Shown here one piece after another: positions 1-7,981 of a DNA stretch of 45,798 nucleotides. Every line of letters begins with the position of its first letter. Position 1 is the first letter of the stretch. Where the stretch lies: assembly GCA_036446835.1 (NCBI GenBank), contig JAZFTT010000103.1:1-45798 (forward strand), in the 5' to 3' direction. The notes under the pieces are model-generated. The model made no database searches, had not been told where the DNA came from, and saw only the letters and a program-made list of their open reading frames with translations. A program made the position numbers and the translations under genes. Source of the stretch: Acidimicrobiia bacterium. GTDB taxonomy: Bacteria; Actinomycetota; Acidimicrobiia; Spongiisociales; ZC4RG35.

Positions 1-94
1 TGGATCGGTCTGCACCGGGATGTCCGGAATCGGCAGAATCTCTCTACCGATTTTCGGGTCTTGCGTCATGACAGTCTCCTTGGCTAGCGAACGG
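1..94. repeat. Direct terminal repeat copy 1 (94 nt, identical to 45705..45798)
   Basis: Compared base by base with the last 94 nt of the window: no mismatch. Contains RBS AAGGAG, start codon (67..69, minus strand) and the first 23 codons of the sulfatase-like stub. Confidence 0.97.
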
Positions 95-187
95 CGAGGC
101 CGGATGTCTACACGACCTCGAAAACCGATGCAATCGAGGGCACGCACGAGGGGCGGCTAGCTTCGCCCCAGTAATGGAGGGCAAGCC

Positions 188-277
188 GTGACCAAACTTC
201 ACAATCAGATTGACGAGGTCATGGTCAAGGTGGAGGGTGGCGAGTTTGCCATGGGTTCGGAGGACTTCTACCCCGAT
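188..277 (+). pseudogene. 5' stub (~30 codons) of a formylglycine-generating enzyme (FGE/SUMF1-type sulfatase maturase)
   Basis: GTG at 188 with GGAGGG at 174..179. MTKLHNQIDEVMVKVEGGEFAMGSEDFYPD matches the conserved FGE N-terminus (v.lPGG.F.MGS..FYPeE). Resemblance ends near 277; the open frame (188..559) then runs antisense through the 3' end of the next gene. Confidence 0.55.
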
Positions 278-382
278 GTAGATAGAGACATCGGACCTCG
301 ACCCTTCTTAGTGAGGTCTTTTGGTTCGTGTTCGTTCTCATCCGGGACGGGGATGTCACATGGGCTCGATACGAAACAGGTC

Positions 383-2083
383 CTAGATCTTGGGCAGATC
401 CAAGTGTTGACTCACGCCTTTGTCGTAGAGCGGGATTGTGGCCACGAGTCCCGTGTACCCGTCGACGGCGACGATATGTTCCGAGTCGCTAGGGAGGCTT
501 ACCCCGGACACAGCCGGGATTCCGAGGGAGCGGGCCGACTGAAAGAGGTGGGCCGCTGAGCTTCCTGTCTCTGTCACCAGACCTGCCGCATCCCATAGCA
601 ATGGTGCAAGGCCTGGTACCGGTTGGTCGGCAACGATCACGCCTCGTGAGACGAATGAAGCAGCCTTTTCCGCGTTGTCGATCCTCGAATGGACCCCTGC
701 GCCGATACCGGATGATGCCGGTGTACCTGCAAGGGAAGCTCCCAAGGTCAGAACCACCGAGGCCACAAATGGTTCCCAGCGGTCGATACCGGCCCTGGGA
801 GCAGAGGGCCGGCGACCTCCTTCGAGGAGCTCGGCGATTTCCTTGACGGAGAGATACCAGGCTTCATGAGCCTTGGTGACCACGCCTAGACGAACCATCT
901 CGCCCCGCAAGATCTGGACAAGAGATGTCAGCTTGGCCGCCGCGTTTGGGTCTGGCGGCCTCAGATCGCGTAAACGCTCAAGAGCCTTGGACGGATCGGA
1001 CCCCCGCAGCCAAGACATGCAACGTCGTGCCGCGCGGGTTGCATGGTTGGGCGGCAGTCCCCACACCTGTGACGCGAGCTCACCAGATAGCCGTTTCGCT
1101 TCAGCGATCGTGGCCTCGGGATGATCGTTTATGGAACGGCCCGCACGGGGAAGACCAGCCAGAGCCCAGGGCATGATGAGTTCCTCCCCGAGTTTCCCCG
1201 GCGCTCTCATCACTGTCTGAACGATCCTTACAAGATCAGGATCGGCCTGCTTCGTGACCTGGATAGGAGTGGTAATGGATGTTGGCGGAGTTGTCACGTC
1301 GAGTTGAAGGATCCAGACGTCCCCGTCGACGGCCCACTCGCATCGATTGAGCCCGAATAGCCTTTGTGCCGTGTGGAGTGAGGCTGCGACCACATCGAGG
1401 GAGGCGGTGCCGACCAGTTCGATCAGGTCGGACCCAACCCACTCCATCTGCCGTTCTCCTCCGGAGAGATGTGCCCTGTGACCTCCAACCCAGCCCTGGA
1501 GAAGTGGTACAGGTGAGCCTTCCACTCCATGGACGACCACAGTCCCGTCCGAATCCAGTTCCGCTACACCGCCGCTTTTGGGTCGGAGGGCCGACTGCAC
1601 CAACACTGGCATTGGGAACGAGCCGGGTTGGATCGAGGCTGCTCGTTGACGTTCGAGAGCATCAACTGAGAAGGCCGCGGCCCAGCAACCAGTTACTGCT
1701 TTGGGGAGAAAGGTTGGCGACAGGTTCAGGTACGACGTGAATGCCCCTGCCCACTCTCCTGACCCTTCCAACGCCGTCGAGGAGCGAACAACCAGGCTGG
1801 GCCCGAGTTCGGTCCCTGCCGAAATCAGATCGGCAGCAAACGTCACAGGTTCGCCTGTCACTGCCACGCGGGCTCCGCCTGATCCTCGAAGGGCCAATCC
1901 TTTGGCTCCGAGCCGCATGTGAGGCCGTGAGGCCTCAGCTGAGACAATGAATCCAGGAAGTATTGGAAGGCCGGCCTTGCGTCCACTCGCCAGGCGAGAG
2001 GCCTTGAACCCAACCCGGGTCGGGTCGAGGCTCTTGTCGTGGTCGAGGTCGAGTAACAACCCAGCTAGTGGTCTGTCTTGCAC
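383..2083 (-). CDS. PEP-utilising-enzyme family phosphotransferase: PPDK_N-type ATP-grasp plus C-terminal phosphohistidine swivel domain, no PEP/pyruvate TIM barrel (rifampicin-phosphotransferase / phenylphosphate-synthase-like architecture)
   Basis: 566-aa ORF, GTG start 4 nt after the upstream stop. N-terminus GFKASRLA..GLPILPGFIVS; C-terminus GTPASSGIGAGV...LVTETGSSAAHLFQSARSLGIPAV (catalytic-His swivel motif). Confidence 0.85.
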   Translation of the reverse strand: MQDRPLAGLLLDLDHDKSLDPTRVGFKASRLASGRKAGLPILPGFIVSAEASRPHMRLGAKGLALRGSGGARVAVTGEPVTFAADLISAGTELGPSLVVRSSTALEGSGEWAGAFTSYLNLSPTFLPKAVTGCWAAAFSVDALERQRAASIQPGSFPMPVLVQSALRPKSGGVAELDSDGTVVVHGVEGSPVPLLQGWVGGHRAHLSGGERQMEWVGSDLIELVGTASLDVVAASLHTAQRLFGLNRCEWAVDGDVWILQLDVTTPPTSITTPIQVTKQADPDLVRIVQTVMRAPGKLGEELIMPWALAGLPRAGRSINDHPEATIAEAKRLSGELASQVWGLPPNHATRAARRCMSWLRGSDPSKALERLRDLRPPDPNAAAKLTSLVQILRGEMVRLGVVTKAHEAWYLSVKEIAELLEGGRRPSAPRAGIDRWEPFVASVVLTLGASLAGTPASSGIGAGVHSRIDNAEKAASFVSRGVIVADQPVPGLAPLLWDAAGLVTETGSSAAHLFQSARSLGIPAVSGVSLPSDSEHIVAVDGYTGLVATIPLYDKGVSQHLDLPKI

Positions 2084-2087
2084 ACCA

Positions 2088-3326
2088 CTAGGTCACCGAA
2101 ATGATTTCATGTTGTTTGTAGGTGGTGACCATCTCGTAGCCGGTGTCAGTGACATACAGCATCTCTTCGAGCCGAACTCCGTGATCGTGGAGTTTGCCAT
2201 GCTGGGTCTCGAGGGCAAAGGTCATGCCTTTCTCTATCTCCACGGGATGGTCGAGTGACCAGATCCGTGAAATGACGGGCGGGTCATACTGGGCTAAACC
2301 AAGTCCGTGTCCCCAATTGTTGGCGGCCGCCTGGTCTTCCTCTTCGTAACCCCAAGCTTCTTTGGCCGATGGCCATTTGGCGGCCACATCGGCTGTGGTC
2401 ACGCCGGGTTTGACCGTTTCGATCGAGTCCCACAGCCACTTGTGTGCTTTGTCGTAGGTGTTTTGCATCTCCGCCGTCGGAGTGCCGCCTACACAATAGG
2501 TTCGGTAGCAACACGACTTGTAGCCGTTCCAAGTCAGGGCAGCCAGATCTATGATCACCAGTTCACCGGGACGGATCATCCGATCGGAGAAGTTGCGCCA
2601 GTTGGGCCAGGCGTTCGGGCCGGAGGACACGATTACATCTTCGACATCTTCCATTCCTGCAATGGAGTACAGCTTTTCAAATCCGAAGGCTGCGACCTCA
2701 TTCTCGGTGAGACCAGGCTTGATGAAATTGGTGAGCTCGTAGTGCACGTAGTCGCAAATGGCTCCGACAATCGAGAACGCTTTGATCTCATCTGGACTCT
2801 TTATTGCCCGAGCCTCCATCATTGCCGTCATCGCGTCGGTCCAGTTGACCTCTCGATCCTCGAAGGCACGTACGAGGTTGATGTCGATGAAGTCGACCCC
2901 CAGCGGCTCATCTTTGACTCCCGCATCCTCGAGGTCATTGAGTAGGGAGTTCATGAACTTGGCTACTTGTTGGTCCGCAGCGGGGCCAACTGCCCCTTTG
3001 ATCCATGAATAGGAATAACGAATGTTCTCCTTGGGAATCCAGGGGTTGTGTTCGGCGAGATGAAAACCGATGTCGCCCTGTTCATAGACGATGGGAGCCT
3101 TTCCTCTCGGTAGAACCACATAACGAAGTCCAGGTTTTAGACGGTTCCATCCTGGCGTGAGGGTGGACGAGACGTAGCGCATGTTCTCGTCGTAGAACAA
3201 CAACATGGCTCCGAGACCGTGTCTCTCCATGGCCTCGTGAGCTCGCTTTAGTCTCCAATCACGGACATTTGCCCAGTTGATTCCCTCTTTCCAATCGGTG
3301 CTCAGACCGAAGAATGCCTCTCTCAC
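2088..3326 (-). CDS. M24 family metallohydrolase, creatinase / Xaa-Pro dipeptidase / DddP-like (paralog 1)
   Basis: 412-aa ORF, GTG start with GGGAGA RBS. Creatinase_N-like N-half; pita-bread C-half with VIIDLAA, NWGHGLGL, MTFALETQ, LEEMLYVTDTGYE. Confidence 0.85.
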   Translation of the reverse strand: MREAFFGLSTDWKEGINWANVRDWRLKRAHEAMERHGLGAMLLFYDENMRYVSSTLTPGWNRLKPGLRYVVLPRGKAPIVYEQGDIGFHLAEHNPWIPKENIRYSYSWIKGAVGPAADQQVAKFMNSLLNDLEDAGVKDEPLGVDFIDINLVRAFEDREVNWTDAMTAMMEARAIKSPDEIKAFSIVGAICDYVHYELTNFIKPGLTENEVAAFGFEKLYSIAGMEDVEDVIVSSGPNAWPNWRNFSDRMIRPGELVIIDLAALTWNGYKSCCYRTYCVGGTPTAEMQNTYDKAHKWLWDSIETVKPGVTTADVAAKWPSAKEAWGYEEEDQAAANNWGHGLGLAQYDPPVISRIWSLDHPVEIEKGMTFALETQHGKLHDHGVRLEEMLYVTDTGYEMVTTYKQHEIISVT

Positions 3327-3354
3327 AGGTCAATTCTCCCAGCTCATTGTTCTC

Positions 3355-4587
3355 TCATTCAACTCTTCCCGGCATGACGTCCCTAACGATATCGAGGAAC
3401 TCTTCGTCGTCGAGGAGACCCCTCTTGGCCAACGATTTGCCTTTGACTTCGGCCAAGATCGCCTCGATCTCTTTGGTTTCAGCGTCGTTGATGTCGTATT
3501 TGCCGAGCCAGAGCGCCACGGAGTCGAGTCCTGACCCCTTGCCCAGAACGATGCTTGGCTGGGGTTGTCCCACCAGTTCAGGACGATAGGGGAACGGTTC
3601 AAGGAGATCGTCCCCGGCGTTCTTGACCCAAGTGGCGATGATGCCGGACTCAACGTTGTACAACATGTCGCCAGTGACGGGACGGTTGCCGGGCTGAGCA
3701 ACTCCAGACAAATCGGCGACAAGCCCCGCGATTTCAGTGAATCTCTCCGTTTTGATCCCGAGGTCGAGTCCGTACATGGTCAACAACGCAAGAACCGTTT
3801 CTTCGGTAGGTGCGTTGCCGGCGCGCTCACCGAGACCGCTCACTGTGGTGTGAATGACGGATGCGCCCTCAGTGACGGCTAGAACCGTGTTGGCAACTCC
3901 CATCCCGAAGTCCATATGGAAGTGGGTTTCTAGGGGAACATCCAACCGCTCTCGAACTCGACGCGTGTAGTAACGGATGGCATGAGGGGACGTGACGCCG
4001 AATGTGTCAACGAGGGCAATGTTGTCGACATGGCCATCGGTGGCGACAGCCTCGAGATCGTCGAGCAGTTCAGTCATCGAGGCTCTAGTGGCGTCGATGG
4101 GAAAGAAGGTGACCTTGAGCCCGTTGTCATGGGCGTACTTGGTTGCCTCGATCGAGGCGTCGATGGCCCGTTCGACCGGCCACTGATAGGCCTTCTCGAT
4201 GAGATGATGGCTGGCCGGGACCTCCATGACGACCCCAGTCACACCAGAGTCGATCGCCAGCTCGACATCAGCCACCATGCAGCGACTGAAAGCGTAGATT
4301 TCGCATGGCAGGTCTGCTGCCACGATTCGATCAACAGCTTCCTTGTCAGCCGGAGAGACAGCGGGGAGACCTGCTTCGATCCTATGAATGCCTGCCTCGG
4401 CAAGTGCCTCGGCGATCCTCAGCTTGTCATCTGCGGAGAATTCGATCCCTGCCTGTTGTTCACCATCACGGAGCGTCACATCGTGCACCTGGACGTTGTC
4501 CGGGATCTGGAAATCCTCAGTGATCTCGGGTAAGTAGTTCCACGGACTGGAGAACCACTTGTCGCTTTTCCACTGCTCTGTGCCCAT
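3355..4587 (-). CDS. HMGL-like DRE-TIM metallolyase (isopropylmalate/homocitrate/citramalate-synthase-like)
   Basis: 410-aa ORF, ATG with AGGAG RBS. HDVTLRDGEQ and HFHMDFGMGVAN motifs. Confidence 0.85.
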   Translation of the reverse strand: MGTEQWKSDKWFSSPWNYLPEITEDFQIPDNVQVHDVTLRDGEQQAGIEFSADDKLRIAEALAEAGIHRIEAGLPAVSPADKEAVDRIVAADLPCEIYAFSRCMVADVELAIDSGVTGVVMEVPASHHLIEKAYQWPVERAIDASIEATKYAHDNGLKVTFFPIDATRASMTELLDDLEAVATDGHVDNIALVDTFGVTSPHAIRYYTRRVRERLDVPLETHFHMDFGMGVANTVLAVTEGASVIHTTVSGLGERAGNAPTEETVLALLTMYGLDLGIKTERFTEIAGLVADLSGVAQPGNRPVTGDMLYNVESGIIATWVKNAGDDLLEPFPYRPELVGQPQPSIVLGKGSGLDSVALWLGKYDINDAETKEIEAILAEVKGKSLAKRGLLDDEEFLDIVRDVMPGRVE

Positions 4588-4617
4588 CTCTGCTGCTCCT
4601 AACCCGTTCGACAGGGT

Positions 4618-4639
4618 GATCCTGCATCATATACGATCC
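4618..4639 (-). promoter_or_regulatory. Box A: GATC-flanked 22-mer with -10-like TATGAT followed by GCA; putative promoter/operator of the HMGL-like operon
   Basis: Minus-strand reading GGATCGTATATGATGCAGGATC is 18/21 identical to box C (33851..33871). The hexamer ends 38 nt before the ATG at 4587. Confidence 0.45.
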
Positions 4640-4677
4640 ATTCTTCATCATCCCAAACCACCGGAGCACACTGACAA

Positions 4678-5598
4678 ATGAGACCACGAATCCTATGGAT
4701 TGGAGGGTATGGCCCCGAAAAGAGTGCCCATGGCGTAGGTCTGGCCGCGTTCCGACGTGTAGTGGAAACCGAGAGCGATGGTGAAGTTGAGGTCAGGATC
4801 AATTGGAACATCATGGACGAGGGACGGCCAAATACCGACCTGTTGAAGCTGGTCGAAGCCGGCGACATGTTTCTTTGTTACTTCTCGTCGAGCTATCTCG
4901 GAGGGCGTGTTCCCGAGCTCAACGTTCTGGAGACACCATTCCTTTTTGAAACCCTCGAAGCAGCGCACCAGTCGCTCGACGGATCGCTCGGGGATACCCT
5001 GAGGCGAGCGGTCCGCACCTCAACCGGATTCGAGGTGCTCGGATTCTGGGACAACGGTTTCCGCCATCTCACCAACCGACTCCGTACGGTCCGTTGCCCC
5101 AAGGATTGTGAGGGCATGAGCGTGCGCATGCAGCCGAACCCCATTCACGAGGAGCTCATCCGATCCTGGGGCGGAATTCCAGTGGCGGTCGAGCTCAGCC
5201 ATGCCATACGTCTGATAGCCAGTCTCGAAGTCGACGCCCAGGAGAATCCGCTCGCCAATACAGTCGCCTATGGGGTCGACCAGGTTCATTCAAATGTCAC
5301 GATGACTGGGCATCTGTATGGGGCACGAGGTCTCTTTGCTCATGGCCCCACCTTCGAGTCTCTTTCGCCCCAGCTTCGTCAGGTGATCGAGGGGGCGGTC
5401 CGGGTAGCGATCAACGAGCAACGTAACTCGGCACGCGATCTGGAGACCAGCCTCCGTGTCAGGATGGTGTCGGCAGGGACCGAGTTCGTCGACCTCACAG
5501 AATCCGAGCGAAACCTATTTGTCGAAGCTTCGGCACCGGCGATCGCGCTGGCCCACCAGAACGTTCCCGAAGAGTTGTTCGATTTGACCCGATCATGA
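4678..5598 (+). CDS. TRAP-type (DctP family) solute-binding protein homolog without signal peptide; no DctQ/DctM in the window
   Basis: 306-aa ORF. In-frame TGA (4672..4674) two codons upstream of the ATG excludes an N-terminal extension. DctP-like blocks: LVEAGDMFLCYFSSSYLGGRVPELNVLETPFLF, GFEVLGFWDNGFRHLTN. Confidence 0.75.
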   Translation: MRPRILWIGGYGPEKSAHGVGLAAFRRVVETESDGEVEVRINWNIMDEGRPNTDLLKLVEAGDMFLCYFSSSYLGGRVPELNVLETPFLFETLEAAHQSLDGSLGDTLRRAVRTSTGFEVLGFWDNGFRHLTNRLRTVRCPKDCEGMSVRMQPNPIHEELIRSWGGIPVAVELSHAIRLIASLEVDAQENPLANTVAYGVDQVHSNVTMTGHLYGARGLFAHGPTFESLSPQLRQVIEGAVRVAINEQRNSARDLETSLRVRMVSAGTEFVDLTESERNLFVEASAPAIALAHQNVPEELFDLTRS

Positions 5599-6341
5599 GT
5601 GAAGGACTTCGCCGACGCATCGTTGTCGTCACCGGTGCCGCGATGGGTATCGGGCGTGCAACGGCACTTGCCTTCGGCGAAAACGGGGACTTCGTCTACA
5701 TCCTCGATATTGACCTGGAGAAAGGGTCTGAGGTGGCCGCTCTCAACGAGCACGCCAGATTCGTTCGTTGCGATGTCACTTCTTCCGAGGAAGTTCGGGA
5801 TGCGATAGGACAGATTGGTGAGGAATCGGGGCATATCGACGTGCTGGTCAACAACGCCGGGGGTTTTCCGTCACAGCGCAGTCTGGAAGAGACTTCGCTT
5901 GATGAGTGGCGTCAGATCGTCGATCTCAACCTCACCTCGGTGTTCCTCATGACCCAGGCTGCCCTTCCGTTGATCCGTCAATCTGAGAGGGGGCGTATCA
6001 TCAATATCGGGTCTCTAGCGGGACAGCTCGCCACCCACCGCACCGCCCCGCCCTACGCAGCAGCGAAAGCCGGCGTCCACAGTCTCACTCGTGTCATGGC
6101 GGCGGAACTGGCGCGAGATGGCATCACGGTCAATGCACTGGCGCCGTCTGCGGTGATGACTGAGCGTATTGGGAGACTGCGTAATGAGAAAGAGAGACAA
6201 GCTACGGCGGCCACTATCCCGCTGGGCAGATACCAAAGCCCTCCCGAGGTGGCCGAGTGGATCCTGTTTCTGGCATCTCCGGAGGCCGGATTCATGACCG
6301 GACAGACCGTTTCGGTAAACGGCGGTAGGTTCATGACATGA
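5595..6341 (+). CDS. Short-chain dehydrogenase/reductase (FabG-like SDR)
   Basis: 248 aa; TGAAMGIGRA, NNAG, YAAAKAG (YxxxK). ATGA overlap with the upstream gene. Confidence 0.9.
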   Translation: MSEGLRRRIVVVTGAAMGIGRATALAFGENGDFVYILDIDLEKGSEVAALNEHARFVRCDVTSSEEVRDAIGQIGEESGHIDVLVNNAGGFPSQRSLEETSLDEWRQIVDLNLTSVFLMTQAALPLIRQSERGRIINIGSLAGQLATHRTAPPYAAAKAGVHSLTRVMAAELARDGITVNALAPSAVMTERIGRLRNEKERQATAATIPLGRYQSPPEVAEWILFLASPEAGFMTGQTVSVNGGRFMT

Positions 6342-6359
6342 GAGCAGTGAGGTGTTGAC

Positions 6360-6743
6360 TTGGCCAGGCTGATCAGATTCGACGAGGCTGAACCGGTTGA
6401 TCGCGGTGACGGGATCGAGAGTGTCCGCCTGACCCCAGATCCATTGGAGGATCAGGCCTTCACGATGGGCGTGACCAGTTTTCCGCCCGGTGCCAGCATT
6501 CGACTTCATAGCCACAACACGGTCGAGCAAGTGACGGTGATCGAAGGGGAAGGATTGGCCGAGTTGAACGGTGAACAGGTGCCGGCGCGTCCCTACGACA
6601 CGACACAGATTTCCCCCGGTGAGCTCCACCGTTTCATCAACACCGGGTCTAGAAAGATGCGGATCCTGTGGGTATACGGAAGTACCGAGGTCACCCGAAC
6701 CTTCGCCGACACCGGGGAGACTGTTGAACAGTTTCAGCAGTGA
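6360..6743 (+). CDS. Cupin_2 domain protein (monocupin 1)
   Basis: 127 aa, TTG start after GAGGTG. Cupin motifs IRLHSHNTVEQVTVIEGEG and PGELHRFINTG. Confidence 0.7.
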   Translation: MARLIRFDEAEPVDRGDGIESVRLTPDPLEDQAFTMGVTSFPPGASIRLHSHNTVEQVTVIEGEGLAELNGEQVPARPYDTTQISPGELHRFINTGSRKMRILWVYGSTEVTRTFADTGETVEQFQQ

Positions 6744-7780
6744 GGTTTGCACTCGAGCGGCTTGAAGTGTTCGTAGTAGAGATTCTGGTCAGACTTGATG
6801 TTCTTCCTGAGCACGCCGAGATTACTGCACGGCGGCTCGTGGACGCAGATCTGCGTGGGCGCAACGGTCATGGGCTGATTCGGATTCCCCAATATGTAGC
6901 CCGGATCGAGGCCGGCGGCATCAACCTTCGGCCTGAGATCCAATTGCTCCGAGAGACTCCGGTGAGCGCATTGGTCGATGGTGACAATGGTCTCGGGCAG
7001 GTGGTCATGACCATGGCGACAGAGACGGCGATTGAGAAGGCAAACCGGTCAGGCATGGCCTGGGTGGGCACGGTGCACTCCAATCACGCGGGTGCTGCAG
7101 GCATCTATACGGCGCTCGCTCTGGAGCAGGATCTGATTGGCATCTACATGGCTGTGGCCAGCGCCAACGTCATGCCACCTTGGGGTGGGTCGGAACGCCT
7201 CCTCGGGACCAATCCGATCTCGATTGCGATTCCCGCTGGCGACGAAACGCCACTTCAAATCGACATCGCCACCACTGTGGCGTCGCACGGGACGATCAAG
7301 GTGTTGGCACAAGCCGGACAGAGCATGCCGGAGGGTTGGGTCATCGACTCAGAGGGCAATCCGATCACCGATCCTCGCAAAGCTGATGAGGGATTCTTGA
7401 TGCCGATCGGCGGTTACAAGGGCTCGGGCCTGAATATGGCAATCGGCTTGTTGGCCGGAGTGCTCAACGATGCTGCGTTCGGGGCGGAGGTAATCGACCA
7501 TCGCACCGTCGCCGATCAGCCGGCAAACACCGGCCAAGCGATCCTGGTCATGCGGCCCGACCTGTTTCGTGATCTGCAGGAGTTCAAAGGCGCCATGGAC
7601 AATCACCTACGACAGATGCGGGAGTCGGGGCCCTCGGGCACGGTTCACATTCCCGGTGATGGTGCGGTCAGACTCGAAGCCGAGCAGCGATGCCTTGGTG
7701 TTGAGATTTCGCCGACACTGCTCGACCAGCTTCGTGACCTGGCTGACCGGTTCGCGCTCCACGACCGTCTCGACGATTAG
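6740..7780 (+). CDS. Ldh_2 family oxidoreductase (malate / L-sulfolactate / ureidoglycolate dehydrogenase-like)
   Basis: 346 aa, GTG overlapping the upstream stop (GTGA). RGRNGHGLIRIPQYV, VHSNHAGAAGIY, PIGGYKGSGLNM. Confidence 0.85.
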   Translation: MRFALERLEVFVVEILVRLDVLPEHAEITARRLVDADLRGRNGHGLIRIPQYVARIEAGGINLRPEIQLLRETPVSALVDGDNGLGQVVMTMATETAIEKANRSGMAWVGTVHSNHAGAAGIYTALALEQDLIGIYMAVASANVMPPWGGSERLLGTNPISIAIPAGDETPLQIDIATTVASHGTIKVLAQAGQSMPEGWVIDSEGNPITDPRKADEGFLMPIGGYKGSGLNMAIGLLAGVLNDAAFGAEVIDHRTVADQPANTGQAILVMRPDLFRDLQEFKGAMDNHLRQMRESGPSGTVHIPGDGAVRLEAEQRCLGVEISPTLLDQLRDLADRFALHDRLDD

Positions 7781-7913
7781 ACGGACTCCGACCTCCTGAC
7801 CGGCTGCGGCAGGGGCCAGGCGTAGGCGCCGGCTCGGTGACCTCACGCCCCGGACTGCGCGAATTTTCCGAATAGGAGTTCACCCGGACCTTCGTCGAGT
7901 CCGTACCAGTCAC

Positions 7914-7981
7914 CTTGGTGCGAACCGCCTCCTTGTAGCGCTCCGATGACAGGTGGGCGTGCCTGTCGATAATGGGGACAT
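7914..7981 (-). pseudogene. Frameshifted 5' stub of an amidohydrolase-type gene
   Basis: Own minus-strand translation: GAGGAAAG RBS, then ATG (7981..7979). The ATG is 5 nt, not a multiple of 3, ahead of ATT ATC GAC AGG CAC GCC CAC CTG = IIDRHAHLSSERYKEAVRTK. The I(I/V)D.H.HL start is typical of TIM-barrel amidohydrolases. Confidence 0.3.

Noticed and set aside
188-559. 123-aa plus-strand ORF taken as a complete gene
   Set aside because: Only the first ~30 codons look like a real protein (FGE). The rest is antisense to the PEP-utiliser gene and has no resemblance to FGE.
6346-6360. 15-mer AGTGAGGTGTTGACT repeated at 20879..20893, each time ending 0-2 nt before a start codon
   Set aside because: About one chance 15-mer match is expected among ~10^9 position pairs in a window of this size and composition. 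The shared part is largely a GAGGTG ribosome-binding site. This is not enough to claim a mobile or regulatory element.
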